Source of the DNA: Camelus ferus
Lineage: Eukaryota
Reading direction: 5' to 3'
DNA length: 64,000 nt
Assembly: GCF_009834535.1 (NCBI RefSeq)
Contig: NC_045697.1
Span: 29,080,001 to 29,144,000, forward strand
In this document: in pieces, positions 27,786 to 39,682 of the stretch
Layout: each line of letters begins with the position of its first letter
Numbering within the stretch: the first letter of the stretch is position 1
Notes under the pieces: generated by a model
Seen by the model: the letters and a program-made list of their open reading frames with translations, nothing else
The model's database searches: none
Told to the model about the DNA's origin: nothing
Program-made: the position numbers and the translations under genes

Positions 27786-29626
27786 CCACTCCAATAAAAG
27801 GTTGAGTGTCCAGAAGACTTTATAATAAAGATATCATGTAATAATAAAAAATAAGATCATGCAATATACGATATACATCTCTTTTAAATAGTCAAGAACC
27901 CTAATGCCCTTAACAGGACCCAGTAAGCCAGTATGATTAGTTATAAAATACACTGAGCACAGTGCAGGCCATGTCACAGCACCCAATAAATGTTGGACTG
28001 TCCATAGGATTATCCTTCACCAGAAAAGAAAAATTAGAATTTTGCTTTCTAGTTGTTTTGACTTTCATCTAAATAAGTGCTCATGCAGGTTGTCATGACA
28101 GATAGTCTTGGAATTTAAAAATGGGGCATGTAGTCTAGTGAAGAATCAGAAGGGTATGGTGGACTTACTACAATAGTTCTTTAGCTCCCTCCAGAATCCT
28201 TGAAACACCATTATAGATCAAATTCCTTAAATCTACCAGTATATACAATTTTAACAGCCCACCTAGAGCTCTGTCTTCTGGGCTGAAAGCAGGCATTTCA
28301 GCCACTCTACCTTCGGTTCCCATCCCCCAAGGCATAAGGCTGCACATGGAAACACTAAAGAAACCACACCTGCAGAAAAGCTTTTCCTTTTTGTAGGCTT
28401 TGAAGTAGGTTGTTGGAACTACCAAATCGGTCCATTTCAAGGGTCAGTGTGCTGTCAGAATCTGTGACTTGGGAGTCTGAGCCCAGATTTCGGTCTTGGT
28501 TCTTACCAGCTATGGGACCTTGGCAGGGTCAGATGTCTGCCCTGCCTGCTTCACTGAGTTATTGTGTGGTCCTGAGATAATGGAAGCCAAAGAGCCTAAT
28601 GAATCACACAAGTATTGCATTTATCCCCATCCAACACACTGTCTACCTGCTCATTTTGTCTGTGTTCCCCCAGTGGAATGGAAGCTCTATGCCTGTAAGA
28701 TTTGGTTGGTTTTGTTCATGCTGTAGCCACCTCAGCACCTCGAACAAAGCCAAGCAAACAGCTAGTAGGTGTAATATGCATTTTATAAGATTGTGAATTC
28801 TTCGTCTAACGAGAGCAATCAAACTCTGATTCTGCAACTTGAAGGGCGTTTTTACTTTTCTCCTAGAACGAGAAGAAATCATCAAATCTTGTTGCCCTTG
28901 AAAATACTGCCCAATGATCTGTCATCTTGGGAAGTTCCCTGGACTCTTCTGTCTCTGAAAAAGCCTTTATCCTTTAAGAGGAAGTAGGAAGTTAGAATTC
29001 TAAGAAATGTGGGTCGGGAGGCCATAACCCAGGCTGCTGGAGACTAAGAAGGTAAAATTCTTAGTCAATAGCAAAGACACATGGGGCAGGGCAATTTTTA
29101 GAGGTAATTCCATTGACAACCTACCACTTTCCCTTGAATCATTTGATTGGCTTTGCTGATGGATTCTATCTGAAGTTAGTAACGATCTCTAGAGAAAAAG
29201 GAAGTGTTCTGTTGACCTTGCTGGGCACTGTAAAAAGGTGAAACAGGAGGCTTTGGTTTCCAATGTGGTGACTGACATTCAAGTCACCCCAGCACTTTCA
29301 CAAGACCACCAAACAGCTCAACGTCATATCAACCGCCTCCATGTAGATTTCTGAGTGTCAGGCTCTTGGGATTATAAACAAACTTCAGTACTGAGAGCAG
29401 TGACAGGCTTTGCCAGATCCTATTCCAATCCAGATGCTGAGTAGTCTTTGAGTGTTCAGCCTCCTACCACCTGGGCTGAAGTTTGAGGACATTGATAATA
29501 CATGATTTTTACTATGTACCTCATCTTCATTAGTAATCCCAAATCAAAGATACGATTTTCTCCATCTGAAAATAGTGAACTAGTCAATTCCTTCCACACT
29601 GTAAGGGTTTTTCTAACTTTGTTAGG

Positions 29627-29720
29627 AAAAAAAAAAAAAAGAATGTGTATAAAGAAAACACAATTTAAAATAAGGTCTTGAAATTGCTTTAAAGAAAGCT
29701 TTATTTACTACATACATCCT
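29627..29720 (-). terminator. RBM47 cleavage/polyadenylation site: TGTA x2, AATAAA, downstream GU/U-rich element
   Basis: Minus strand reads ggaTGTATGTAgtaAATAAAgc (hexamer 29705-29700), then ttgtgttttcttt and a long T run. Confidence 0.85.
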
Positions 29721-32245
29721 AAGAATGTATTGTAAATGAAGCAAAATCTAAATAAACTTAAAAGCTTTTCAAATACAAAGCAACTAAAGATAACAACTAA
29801 ACTGCTAGCATGTTTGAAAACAGAGAACAAGAAAGCTTTTTTTTACATTTTATATAGTTTGTTCTTAACCCTAAAAAAAAAAAGTTCACATTTCAAGTTA
29901 TAAACTTACCTCAGTAGTGTACGTATGTGAAATGGTTTTGAAACAACAGGAACAGACAGACCACAGATGGGAGGCTCACTGATACTTAACTGGCTATGTT
30001 ACCAACACTGGTTTTTAAGGTAGTTTGGTAAATTGCCATGTTAAGACATCATTTTTTCTTTTTTTCTTTTTTCTTTTTTTTTTTGCAAATAATTTACAGG
30101 CACATGTAAAATACAGTAAGACCTCTGGATCAGAGTCTCATCCAGTGAACCTCTGGGCTAACCAATCCTTCACTGGAATGAGAGTAGGAGAGTATTTCTT
30201 TCACACAAAGCCAAGGGATGGGGATCTAATCCAAACTGCATTTTGTTGGATTACTCATTACAACAGATTTGAGTTTGGATGCAGCTTGCTGGGTACACCA
30301 TCAGGAACATTGCACAATTACTTTCTGTCATTTAAGAACGATGGAAAGGAATGTTAGGAATGTTTAAAGGCCTTTGCAGGCACTCAATAATTTTATAGAA
30401 TAGTTAAATAAATATTGCTTATATATAAAAAATTCATCCCACCCTAAGATGAGGGGAAAGAGGGCATTTGGGAATCTCTTAATTTAAAATGTAAAACAAA
30501 ACTAAAACATTTTGCTAAGGGCAGGATCCTATTATTAATCCACAAATAAAAATTCAGCCATCAGCAAAAGTTCAGTGAGTGGAAAGATTTGATGGAATCT
30601 CTACTATGACATAAAAACACAACAGTGTCCTTGTCACCTATTGCACACCTCACTTCCTTGATAGAACTTTTACGAAAAAAAAATTCCAAGTTATGTATTC
30701 CATAAAGTCGATGACAATCTTAACATTTTACTGTATTTTACATTCACTCTGTTAAAACAAACAAAAAGGCCTTTAAACAGGCACAAAACACTGCAACAAT
30801 ACATTTACTTCCTAATAAAACAAAACTTTTTAATAACATTGAAATAAAATGGTTTCATTGTGCATTAAACTATATACCATGAACTTCTGCAACATAAAAC
30901 AACTAAAAATATGCATTAGGAGATATTTACAATCTATCTTTTAACTCCTGTGGGTCTCTCCTCCTCCTCCTGGATGTGCGCACCCCAATTCAGTTCACCT
31001 GCCACGTGCATGGCAAAGGCGGGGAGCCCCATACAATAAACATAGTATTTCCAAAACCCTTGACAACCACAGACATTTTGCATGAAACATGATAAGGTAA
31101 CTAGAAGTAGTACTTTTTGCGACAAGAGTCCTTCGGGGTCTTGTCGACAATAACATTCTCTGTCTCTACGAACTCATACTTCAAAACAAATATAATAAAA
31201 GCATTAGGAAGGGAATGAAAGTTGTATACTGGACAATTAAATAGCTATGCAAAGATGTCCTATGCAAACTATTAAAGTCTTGTGCTTACACATACTCTGC
31301 TATTAAAAATACCTCCCAAACCAAACCAAAAAAACCCCAACAACCCCCCCAACACACAATAAAACAAAAAACCCCAACAAAAACCCAAGAAGAAGTATAA
31401 AAGCTATAAATGTTTTCTCTGTCAGAGTAATTAATTTGTCCTAGACTTGCCAAACACGGAGGTGGGCCTGGGAATCAGGGGAGAGGGTGAATAGGGAAGG
31501 GAGGGGAGGGAACAAATCTAAGAGCAAAGGCACACGGAGAATGAGCAGGGGCCCAGGAGGAAGGTGGCCGGTGAGAGCTTTCCAGTGTTTGGACTCAGAA
31601 GTGTGACAAGTCTTTTCAACGTTGGCTTAAGGAGAGATCGAGTGTACAGAATAGAACCGTCCTGGGTAACACATGGCAACACCCGTCAACCCTTAATTCC
31701 AGCAGAAGTAGAGGTTTCACTCATTTTAAAATTGCACTTTCCAGTATAACTTTGAAAATAATGTTTTATGTAGTATTTTTTAAAAGCACTATTGTTTGTA
31801 TCTTTAAATATTGACTATATTTTTCAAAACAGTTCCCTAGCTGCTCAAGTGTGCTTCTTAATACATAGTTGATACATTTATTATTGTAGGTACTACAAAA
31901 TAGAAGTCTCTGGAGTGCAGCAGTTAAGAAAATAACCTTCATACTGAAAATATATCCTTAAAAATACAAAAAAGCCTCTATACAAATGTACTATAGAGTA
32001 CAAATTTTTAAAAGACGGTGTTTAAGGCACGAACCATTGCAAGTCTCTTAGAAATGTATGAACATGGGCCTGCTAAAACTGAAAGGAGTCTTTAAAAAAC
32101 TAGTGAAAACTTCATGTATATAAAATATTCCAGTATATCTGATAACATTCTCCGCGGTCAGGTTTCCTGTGCGTGGGAACCCAACGCGCGCTTTCTTCAT
32201 AAATAGTGAAGTGTCCCTTCGGCGGCGGCGGCGGCGGCGCGGGCC
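29680..32245 (-). other. RBM47: RBM47 3'UTR (~2.55 kb, AU-rich, no interspersed repeats seen)
   Basis: Runs from the TGA to the poly(A) signal at 29700-29705. The cleavage position is approximate. Confidence 0.85.
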
Positions 32246-32485
32246 TCAGTACGTCTGGTACACGTCGTGGATGGGCACCTGGATCGCAGCGGCCGGGAAG
32301 GCCTGAGGTATGTAGCCCGCGTAGCCCCCGTACACGGCGGCGGCGGCCGCCGCGTTCTTCTGTAGTGTGGCGATCGTGGCGGTGGCCGGAGCAGCAAAGG
32401 GCACGTAACTGGCCCCGTAGATCCCGGCCGTGGGAATTCTCTGAACGTTTGGGGCCACCGTGTACACTGGAGTTATTGGGCGGCC
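32246..32485 (-). CDS. RBM47: RBM47 last coding exon (79 aa plus TGA)
   Basis: Translates [79 protein letters not shown]. Acceptor ctctctctcatcctcag|GGC. Summed CDS 1129+207+197+240=1773 nt = 590 aa plus stop. Confidence 0.97.
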   Translation of the reverse strand, partial: GRPITPVYTVAPNVQRIPTAGIYGASYVPFAAPATATIATLQKNAAAAAAVYGGYAGYIPQAFPAAAIQVPIHDVYQTY

Positions 32486-34464
32486 CTGAGGATGAGAGAG
32501 AGGAGCCTTACTGACCATGTGGGGGACCCATCCATTCATTCATTCCACTCCCTGGGGTCGGAGAAGACTGAAAGCAAAGCTCTCCTTCCTCAGGGCGGGG
32601 AGGCTGAGAGGTGAGCAGTCATACTACGGGAGGGTGATCAGTAGGCGGAGCTGCACCCTCACGGCTCACTGGGACTCAGCTGGTGAAAGTGGCAGAGGTG
32701 GAAGCCTCAGGGGAAGTTTAAACACTCTGGAATCTTCTGCCCACCATCACACTGAACTAGCCTATGCCCCGGAGTGAGCTAGAGACGGGGGTTGAGATCC
32801 ATCCTTTCCTCAGTTGATCTCACTGTAATTAAGAGTGAGTATTTTCCCTAAAATACATGCCAGCTGCCTCAACTCATACTTAACTGAAGGCACAGGATGT
32901 TTCAAGATCGGAGAGGAGCATGGTCTGGGAGAACTTTACCAAAGTCCAGAGATCTCCCAAGGGCCAGCTTCTTAAGCTGTGACCTAAAGAAATTGTGACC
33001 ATACACAATTTTCAGCAAATGTGATCGTTTCTACCACCTCCTGCCTAAAATAGGACACCACTATATTCACAAATTGCTGTGGAAGGTGAGAGAAGGAACT
33101 AACTAACTTGGAGCTGGAGAAAGCATCTCAGAAGTGGAGACACTGGAGATGGGGTTGGAAGGGCAAGGTGGGGTTTCCACATGAGGAGGAAGTGGGGCTC
33201 TGTGACTTCCTGCCACTTCCTTCCCTCCACTGGGAAGTGCAACATATGTGTCTCCAGAACAAATAAGAGTAGGCAGGGCAGACTGTGGTTCAGGATTTCC
33301 CAAAGCGTTTGATATGGAGTGAATTCTGCCAGCTGCTTTATGGAAAAGGGGGTTTTTGGTAAAATAAAACATACATTTAACAAAATATCTGGTACTTTTG
33401 CTAGTGGTATGCACTAAAGTCACATTTTCTGTGTATATTAAGCATTGTGATAAGCTGTGTAGCAGAATTTACACATTTTTATTTTAATTAAAATATGAAC
33501 AGTTTGTCAAAATAAGCCAAGGCATCAACTGTTAGTGCTTTTGTGTTTGAAGGCTGTGTTTGGCTGTTTAAGGAGAATATATTGAATTTTTTTTCATTTT
33601 ATGATGTTCCATTTTGAAGTTTCATCAGCTTCAGAAACATTTTAAATTTAAAGCTTGAATTAAAATTTAATTAAAAAAAAAAACCCAAACCCCAAAATAT
33701 CTGGTTTACCATATGTTCCATAGAATGCCCTGTAGCACATGGGGCTATGGTCTCTCTGTCTTAACGTAACTTCAAAAGAAACAACTCAGGATATATGAAA
33801 TGGAGAATTAGATTTTAAAAATGATTTTTATAAAGGAATTTACTTATCATTCCTCTACAAAATCTGAAAATTTGAGTCACAAAATTACATTCAAAGGAAT
33901 TTCATAATCTGAGTCATTTTTTTTAACTGTAACCAAAATAATAACTATACTAAACAATAACAATAACAGAGATCATAGTTTGCTAGACACTATTCTAAGT
34001 GCCTTAGTTGTATGACATTATTGAATCATCACAGCCACCAACAAAGCTGGTACTATGATTATATGGAGAAGTCTGGATGTTTTAAACGACTTGCACAAGG
34101 TGACAGCTTTTAAGCAACAGAATGTGGGACTCTGGAATCTGCGCTTTTAGCCTTGCCTTCTCCTGCCTCCTACAACACAGCCGCAATGAACATCTCATTA
34201 GCAGCACTTTACAACCAGGGAGAGAAACGTTCATAGGCAAGACACAAGCCATCTTTTCCAAATGTGTGGAAATCTGTTTAATGACAAATGCACAAAGGGA
34301 AGGAATTGCAGGGAAGGTGACATCTGACAGAAAATTTTCACGTACTATAGTCTAGCCCAACACCTGGGCTCAGGTGAGTGAGATGGGGTTGGGCTGAGCA
34401 TGGGAACTGGGGGAGAAAGAGAAAAAAAGACTTCATTTTCCCTCCTCTCAAAAACAGAATGGTT

Positions 34465-34595
34465 GGCGGGGTGGGTATAGCTCAGTGGTAGAGTGTGTAC
34501 TCAGTGGTAGAGTGTATACTATACTTAACATATATGAGGTCCTGGGTTCAATCCTCACTACCTCCATTTATAAATAAATAAACAAATAAAATAAT
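34465..34595 (+). mobile_element. tRNA-derived SINE (vic-1-like) with an internal 19-bp duplication
   Basis: gggtatagctcagtggtagagtgtgta-ctcagtggtagagtgtata...gaggtcctgggttcaatcc followed by a (taaa)n tail. Confidence 0.85.
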
Positions 34596-35604
34596 TGGAA
34601 AAATAGAGGAAGCACTTAAGAACAAATAAAGGAAGGCTTCTCTTTGCTCTACCTATACTTGACTTGTTGTGATGATTAAGAACACTTTGAGAAGTCAATA
34701 TGAATCAAGTGATTGTCTACACCAGCAAACTTTTTTATTGCTTGTAAAAGCAATATGAAACTTGGGATATAAACTGCCTATATAGGAACACCCCAGAGGC
34801 AAAACAGAGGAGGAAGATTGGAGGTGTTCCACAGGAAGGTTCTGGAAGCCATGCTGGGAACTGACTTCCAGCGTGGCTCCACTCCAAAATGTGTCCTGTT
34901 CACCAATCCATAGAGCTTAAATTGCTCCTTCCCCTGCTGCAGTCTGGCAGAGAATACAGAGGAGGCGGAGGACTGGATGTGTCAGAGAACCCTGGTCAAG
35001 GAACTTGGAGGCAGGACACAGAGTACTGAGATTTGAGGGACAGCAGCAGGACTGCACACACTCAAAGACGCCACACTCAGGTTACAAAGTAAGCAGTGCC
35101 AGGCATTCTGCAGAACATACTGAAGGAGAAAAAAATCTCCATAGGAATCAACTGATAATGACAGTACGTGTAACAAATTCACAAACCGCAACTCTGAATG
35201 AAGACCCTAAGGGCAGCATCCAGTGCAGACTCATACAAGATAGAAATGGCCTGAGACCCAGAACCTGATCACGAAGCCTGGAATTTGGGCCCGACCAGAA
35301 CTCAGACCAGACAGCAAAGATGAAAGTTCACAAATTTCTTAGTAAAAAGGGATTAAAAATTATTAGCAGAATTCCACTAAGTAATGCTTGTAGGTTACTG
35401 TATATGTTTATAGTCAGGCCACAGTGAAAACTACAGTGTGTCATTTCCAACCTATTCCTTTTTTGGGCTTTTGGAAGTCCCAAGTTAAAGAATACTTGAT
35501 GATATACTGATAAATAAACGTCAGTCTGACCCATTCTGGATAATGCAGTCAAGACTGGTGCTCAAAATGTTAACCACTATATATAAAAATAGATTTTAAA
35601 AAAT

Positions 35605-35772
35605 TCTTCTGTATAGCACAGGGAACTATATTCAATGTCTTATAGTAATCTTTAATGAAAAAGAATATGAAAAAGAATACGTGTATATATGCATGACTGA
35701 GACATTAATGCTGTATATCAGAAATTGACACATTGTAACTGACTATATGTCAAGTTAAAAAAAAAAAAAAAA
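35605..35772 (+). mobile_element. L1 3'-end fragment with an intact poly(A) tail
   Basis: ctgtatagcacagggaactatattcaa...gcatgactgagaca...cagaaattgacacattgtaactgactata followed by an A run. Confidence 0.82.
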
Positions 35773-36908
35773 GATTGGTGCTGAGTGGGCAACAGCAAGT
35801 AAACAGCAAGGGCTCCCAAGCCTGGCTCTGTTCCAGCATCACCGAGGAGCTGGAACAAAATATGGATTCTAGAACCCAGCCCAGTTCTGCTGAATTGGAC
35901 TCTTCTGGGGTTTGAGGCTAAGAATCTCTGTTTTATAAACAAGTTACCTGGATAATTCTTATCCAATTAGATAAGAGACACCCTCCGCCTGAGTATTTAC
36001 GCTTGTCGTTTGATAACGTACTTGAGATTCACTGCGTCACAAAGGATAGCTTTAATAAGATTATTTTCCTGTCTGGATGAGTGACGTGTTGTTTACAAGT
36101 ATTCCTTGTGTGCTACGTGTTGCGGATACAATGAAATACAAGCCATAGCTCTTGGTCTGGGAGAGTTTTGTTTTAACTGGGGACATGGAACACACTGGCA
36201 GTCAAATGCCAACTAACACCGTAGGAGAAGTACAGGAGAGATGATTTCTGAGCGAGGTGGACGGGAAAGATTCTAGAGACGAGATGAGACTGAAGAAACC
36301 ACAGAGAGAACACTCTGAGTACAGGTGGGGAAGGAGGCTGGGACTGGACTGGGAGGAGACACAGGAATAGTTGGCTGTGGTTGGAAGAAAGGATTACAGG
36401 CAAATTTTGTAAAGTTTCATATACCTTTGACTCTACAGACATTTCTCTCTACAGGCACACACACATATATGTATATATATGTATATATTCTGGGAGGAGG
36501 GGAAAGGAGGGGCAGAACTTAAAAAAAAGCTTCATTGAACTATAATCTGGGATGTAAAAATGTGAAATATCTCCTTGGACTTTCTGTGTCAGCTCCTTAA
36601 CAATAAGAACATGAGTGAAAAACCCAGTGTCATTAAAAAATAGACGTTAAATATTATGACACCGTGAGAAATTATGTCATTTTTGCATATTGCTTCCCAT
36701 CTTTAATACAGTGATAGTAGGGTGGTACAATTATTATTTAAAACTTATCCATCCTGTCATGACTGATCTTAAAAAACTTCTCTGTCACCCAATCCCACAG
36801 TTTTAACAGACAGCGAGGCACACAGTATAATTCTCCTGTCGAATATTAAATGAATCAGTGATAAACGAGGCCTCACACAAGAGCCAGTGGCTGCAGCAAG
36901 GACCCTAC

Positions 36909-37105
36909 CTGGAAAGGCGGCGGCGTGGACACAGCAGGAATGACCGCGGCGGCGGCCGCAGCTGCGGCGGCGCTGGCTGGGTCGGGCTGCACAGCGATGG
37001 GGCTGATCATGTGCTCCATTGTGTGGATTTTGCCATCTTCCATCATTTTAGGAGCTGGAGCAGCCTGAAACACGGAATACTGGGCCCCGATGGCAGGGAT
37101 GGCCA
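36909..37105 (-). CDS. RBM47: RBM47 penultimate coding exon (197 nt) with a poly-Ala tract
   Basis: Translates (V)[65 protein letters not shown]. Acceptor ttctcttgcag|TG; donor CAG|gtaggg; phase 1 in, phase 0 out. Confidence 0.97.
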
Positions 37106-39475
37106 CTGCAAGAGAAGGAAGAGGGGACGCGGGTCAATCATTCCCAGTCACCGAGAGAGGTCCATCAGTTTCTCAATATCTTTAAAAACAGTTCAGCAGT
37201 AAGGGGCTCTCCTGGCAAACTAATGCTCTCTCCATATAGGTAGCGAGGTGCTACCCAAGAGGAAGAGAGGGGAGGTGGCAGGTACTCCCTCTGCCTGCCT
37301 TTCAAAAGGAACCACGTGGGGATGGATGGGGTCTCCCCAGAGATTATCAGGGAAGGCAAGTCTACAGTTAGGTTTCTGTGCCAACATTTCCCACTGCTTC
37401 TAAAAGAAAAACCACATTTTGACTCTTACTCTTGAGGTCCTACAGAGCAAGAAAGGGCCTTCTAATTCTGAGAAAACTGGCTCAGAAGAAGTGAGATCAG
37501 AGGCTTGAGGCCCAAGGGTGTGAGAATGAGCCTGCCGGGTCCTTGTCCCTCACCTCACTCACTACCAGACCTGCTGCCCTTTTTCACTTTCATCACGTTT
37601 AAAGAAGCAGGTGCCGTTGAGGGTTTCATTCTGAGAACTTAGAGGTCTGTGTACATCCTCCCCATCTTGGATTTCAGAATTCAACATTACTGATTCAAGG
37701 AAAAATACAAAAGAAAAAATGGACTCATTTCAACCAGAGATTCAAAGAGATAGCAGTTAGTGAATGTCAATGTATGATAAAGAGAGGTAAAAAGGAAAAA
37801 ATACTAGCCCTGACTTGGGGGAGTTTGTGTGAGAGTGTGTGTGTGGTGTCCGTGTGTGTGTGTGTGTTGAAAGGATGAGTAAGAATACTGAAATGCAGAC
37901 ACAAAATGTCCTTTCACTTAAGTTTTTTCTCCAACTGTAGGTACATTTCTTCTAATAAAAGCTGACCTGACATAAGGCAGAGAGAAATGACTGCAGGCTT
38001 AACAATGATACAGCCATTCAATAAAATCTTTTATCTGCCTTTCCAACCATATGGTCTTGTGCCCAGATACTTCACTACTACTGCCCTGTGCTTCTCCTAA
38101 AATACAAAGTTCTAATTTTCTGGATGAATCAGAAATAGAGGCCAGGGGATGGGGCCCAGAAAGGATTATGAGTTTGAGTGCCGCTGGGGCTGTACCGAGT
38201 AACTCTGGACTATTCTGGCTATCAGCCCACAAGATTTTCTACCTCATGCCCCAGAACACAACTATATGCTTAAAGACTGTTTAAGAGTTCTTTTCTTTAG
38301 ATGAATCCTAAGCTATCACTTAAGCTACTGCCAACAGGAGTCCCTTTCCCAACAAGTAGAAGGGACAACTCCCAGGCTCTGTTAAATGGAATTACAAGAG
38401 AAACAAGATCAGTCTTACACTGCTTAGAGCACCAATGGCCTTTATAAGAAAATTTAGTCACTTAACTGCAAAAATTGCAGAATTTTTTCATAGGCATTAA
38501 AAAAAAATCACTGGATTACTTCAAAAGAAAGCTCTGGGAAAATGCTTTGTGAGCCCTATGTGGCCAATGCCAACCTACACCCCACATGCACAGCTCCCCC
38601 AGGTCTGTTCCAGCCGGGGAGGGAGTGCATAGTAGCAGAAAATCTGAGCGGCTGAGCTTGGAAGGGATCACATCGGATTTCCCATGTGTTTGGGTGCTTG
38701 TGTGGTATGTGCAATTAGGGAGTTTGTGCCAGGCTCACACAATGGAGTTAAATACAGCTCCTTGCAGGTTACGATCGCAAGGAAGATCTCACGTGAAATG
38801 ACCAATGGGCACAAACAACGTTGGAAAACTGGCTTGTGGAGCCCGGAGGGTGAGCAAAGTTCAAGGTCCATGGCTTGAGTTACCTGAGTGCCCCCACCCC
38901 CAATCTACTGATCCAGCAAGAGGCGGAAATAAAAGCTGGAAATTAGCTGCAAAAACTTGCCCCCAGGCATGCTGGTTTGTTAAGACCACGATAAAGGACA
39001 AGTCGTGTTATTTGCTCCTGAAGGGGAATTTTCTACCCTTCCCAACAACGCTTAGAACCAGCAATGAGCTGCAACCTCTGGCTTCTAATGGCTGGGGTAG
39101 AAACAGGCTTGAGTAAGGAAAAGAAAGTTTTTAGCTGGTAGAAGATACAGAAGAGCTTCGTATTTTTCTACCCAACCTGCCCCCTCCCCGAACCCAAGAA
39201 TCTGCCTAACTGAGAAAAAGCCTAACAACTGGTGCCCGTCCATTTGAAAAACCCACCACCAGAAAGTTTGACTTGAATGTGGTCAAAACTAGACTATCCC
39301 CCTAAGTTCTAGATAAGAAGGCCCAGGAGGCCACCTTCCTTGCCTAATCTCCGGCTGCTCTGAGAAGAGGAACCCACAGGCAGAGGGAAGTACCCAAGGA
39401 AGTCTTGGGGTCACTTCAAAGAGGGGGTTGGGGTTCAGGCTGAATAGATGCATTCTCACTCTGGTTTATACTGAC

Positions 39476-39682
39476 CTGCACCAGGTTTAATGGCTACTGG
39501 ATTGACGGCAGAGATTTCCAAATTCGGTACAAGTTCGTATCCTTTTTCTTGTTGTTTTCCTTTTCCTTCATGATATCGGCTATATATACCGCGGCCAGCA
39601 GAATATCCCCCAAGGTAGGAACCCCTGGGCCCTGGGGCTCTGTTGCCAGCCGCACCTCGACCCCGGCCTCTTATGCTGCCTG
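39476..39682 (-). CDS. RBM47: RBM47 207-nt (69 aa) RG-rich coding exon, phase 1-1 cassette; absent from the ORF track
   Basis: Hand translation gives (A)[68 protein letters not shown]. Acceptor tttttattataag|CAG; donor GCAG|gtcagt. Confidence 0.96.

Noticed and set aside
1968..29000. Many 60-170 aa ORFs in the intergenic region
   Set aside because: No recognisable domains, codon bias or consistent splice structure, and many overlap repeats. I found no exons of a neighbouring gene such as CHRNA9.
32486..32539. ORF-track start MNGWVPH... ahead of the last exon
   Set aside because: This is intronic branch-point and polypyrimidine sequence before the acceptor at 32486.
35503..35513. APOBEC1 mooring-like TTATCAGTATA (10/11 to TGATCAGTATA), and a 9/11 match at the cassette donor (39467-39477)
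   Set aside because: Attractive because RBM47 is an editing cofactor, but both sites are intronic or at a junction, have no well-spaced C in AU context, and are short enough to arise by chance.
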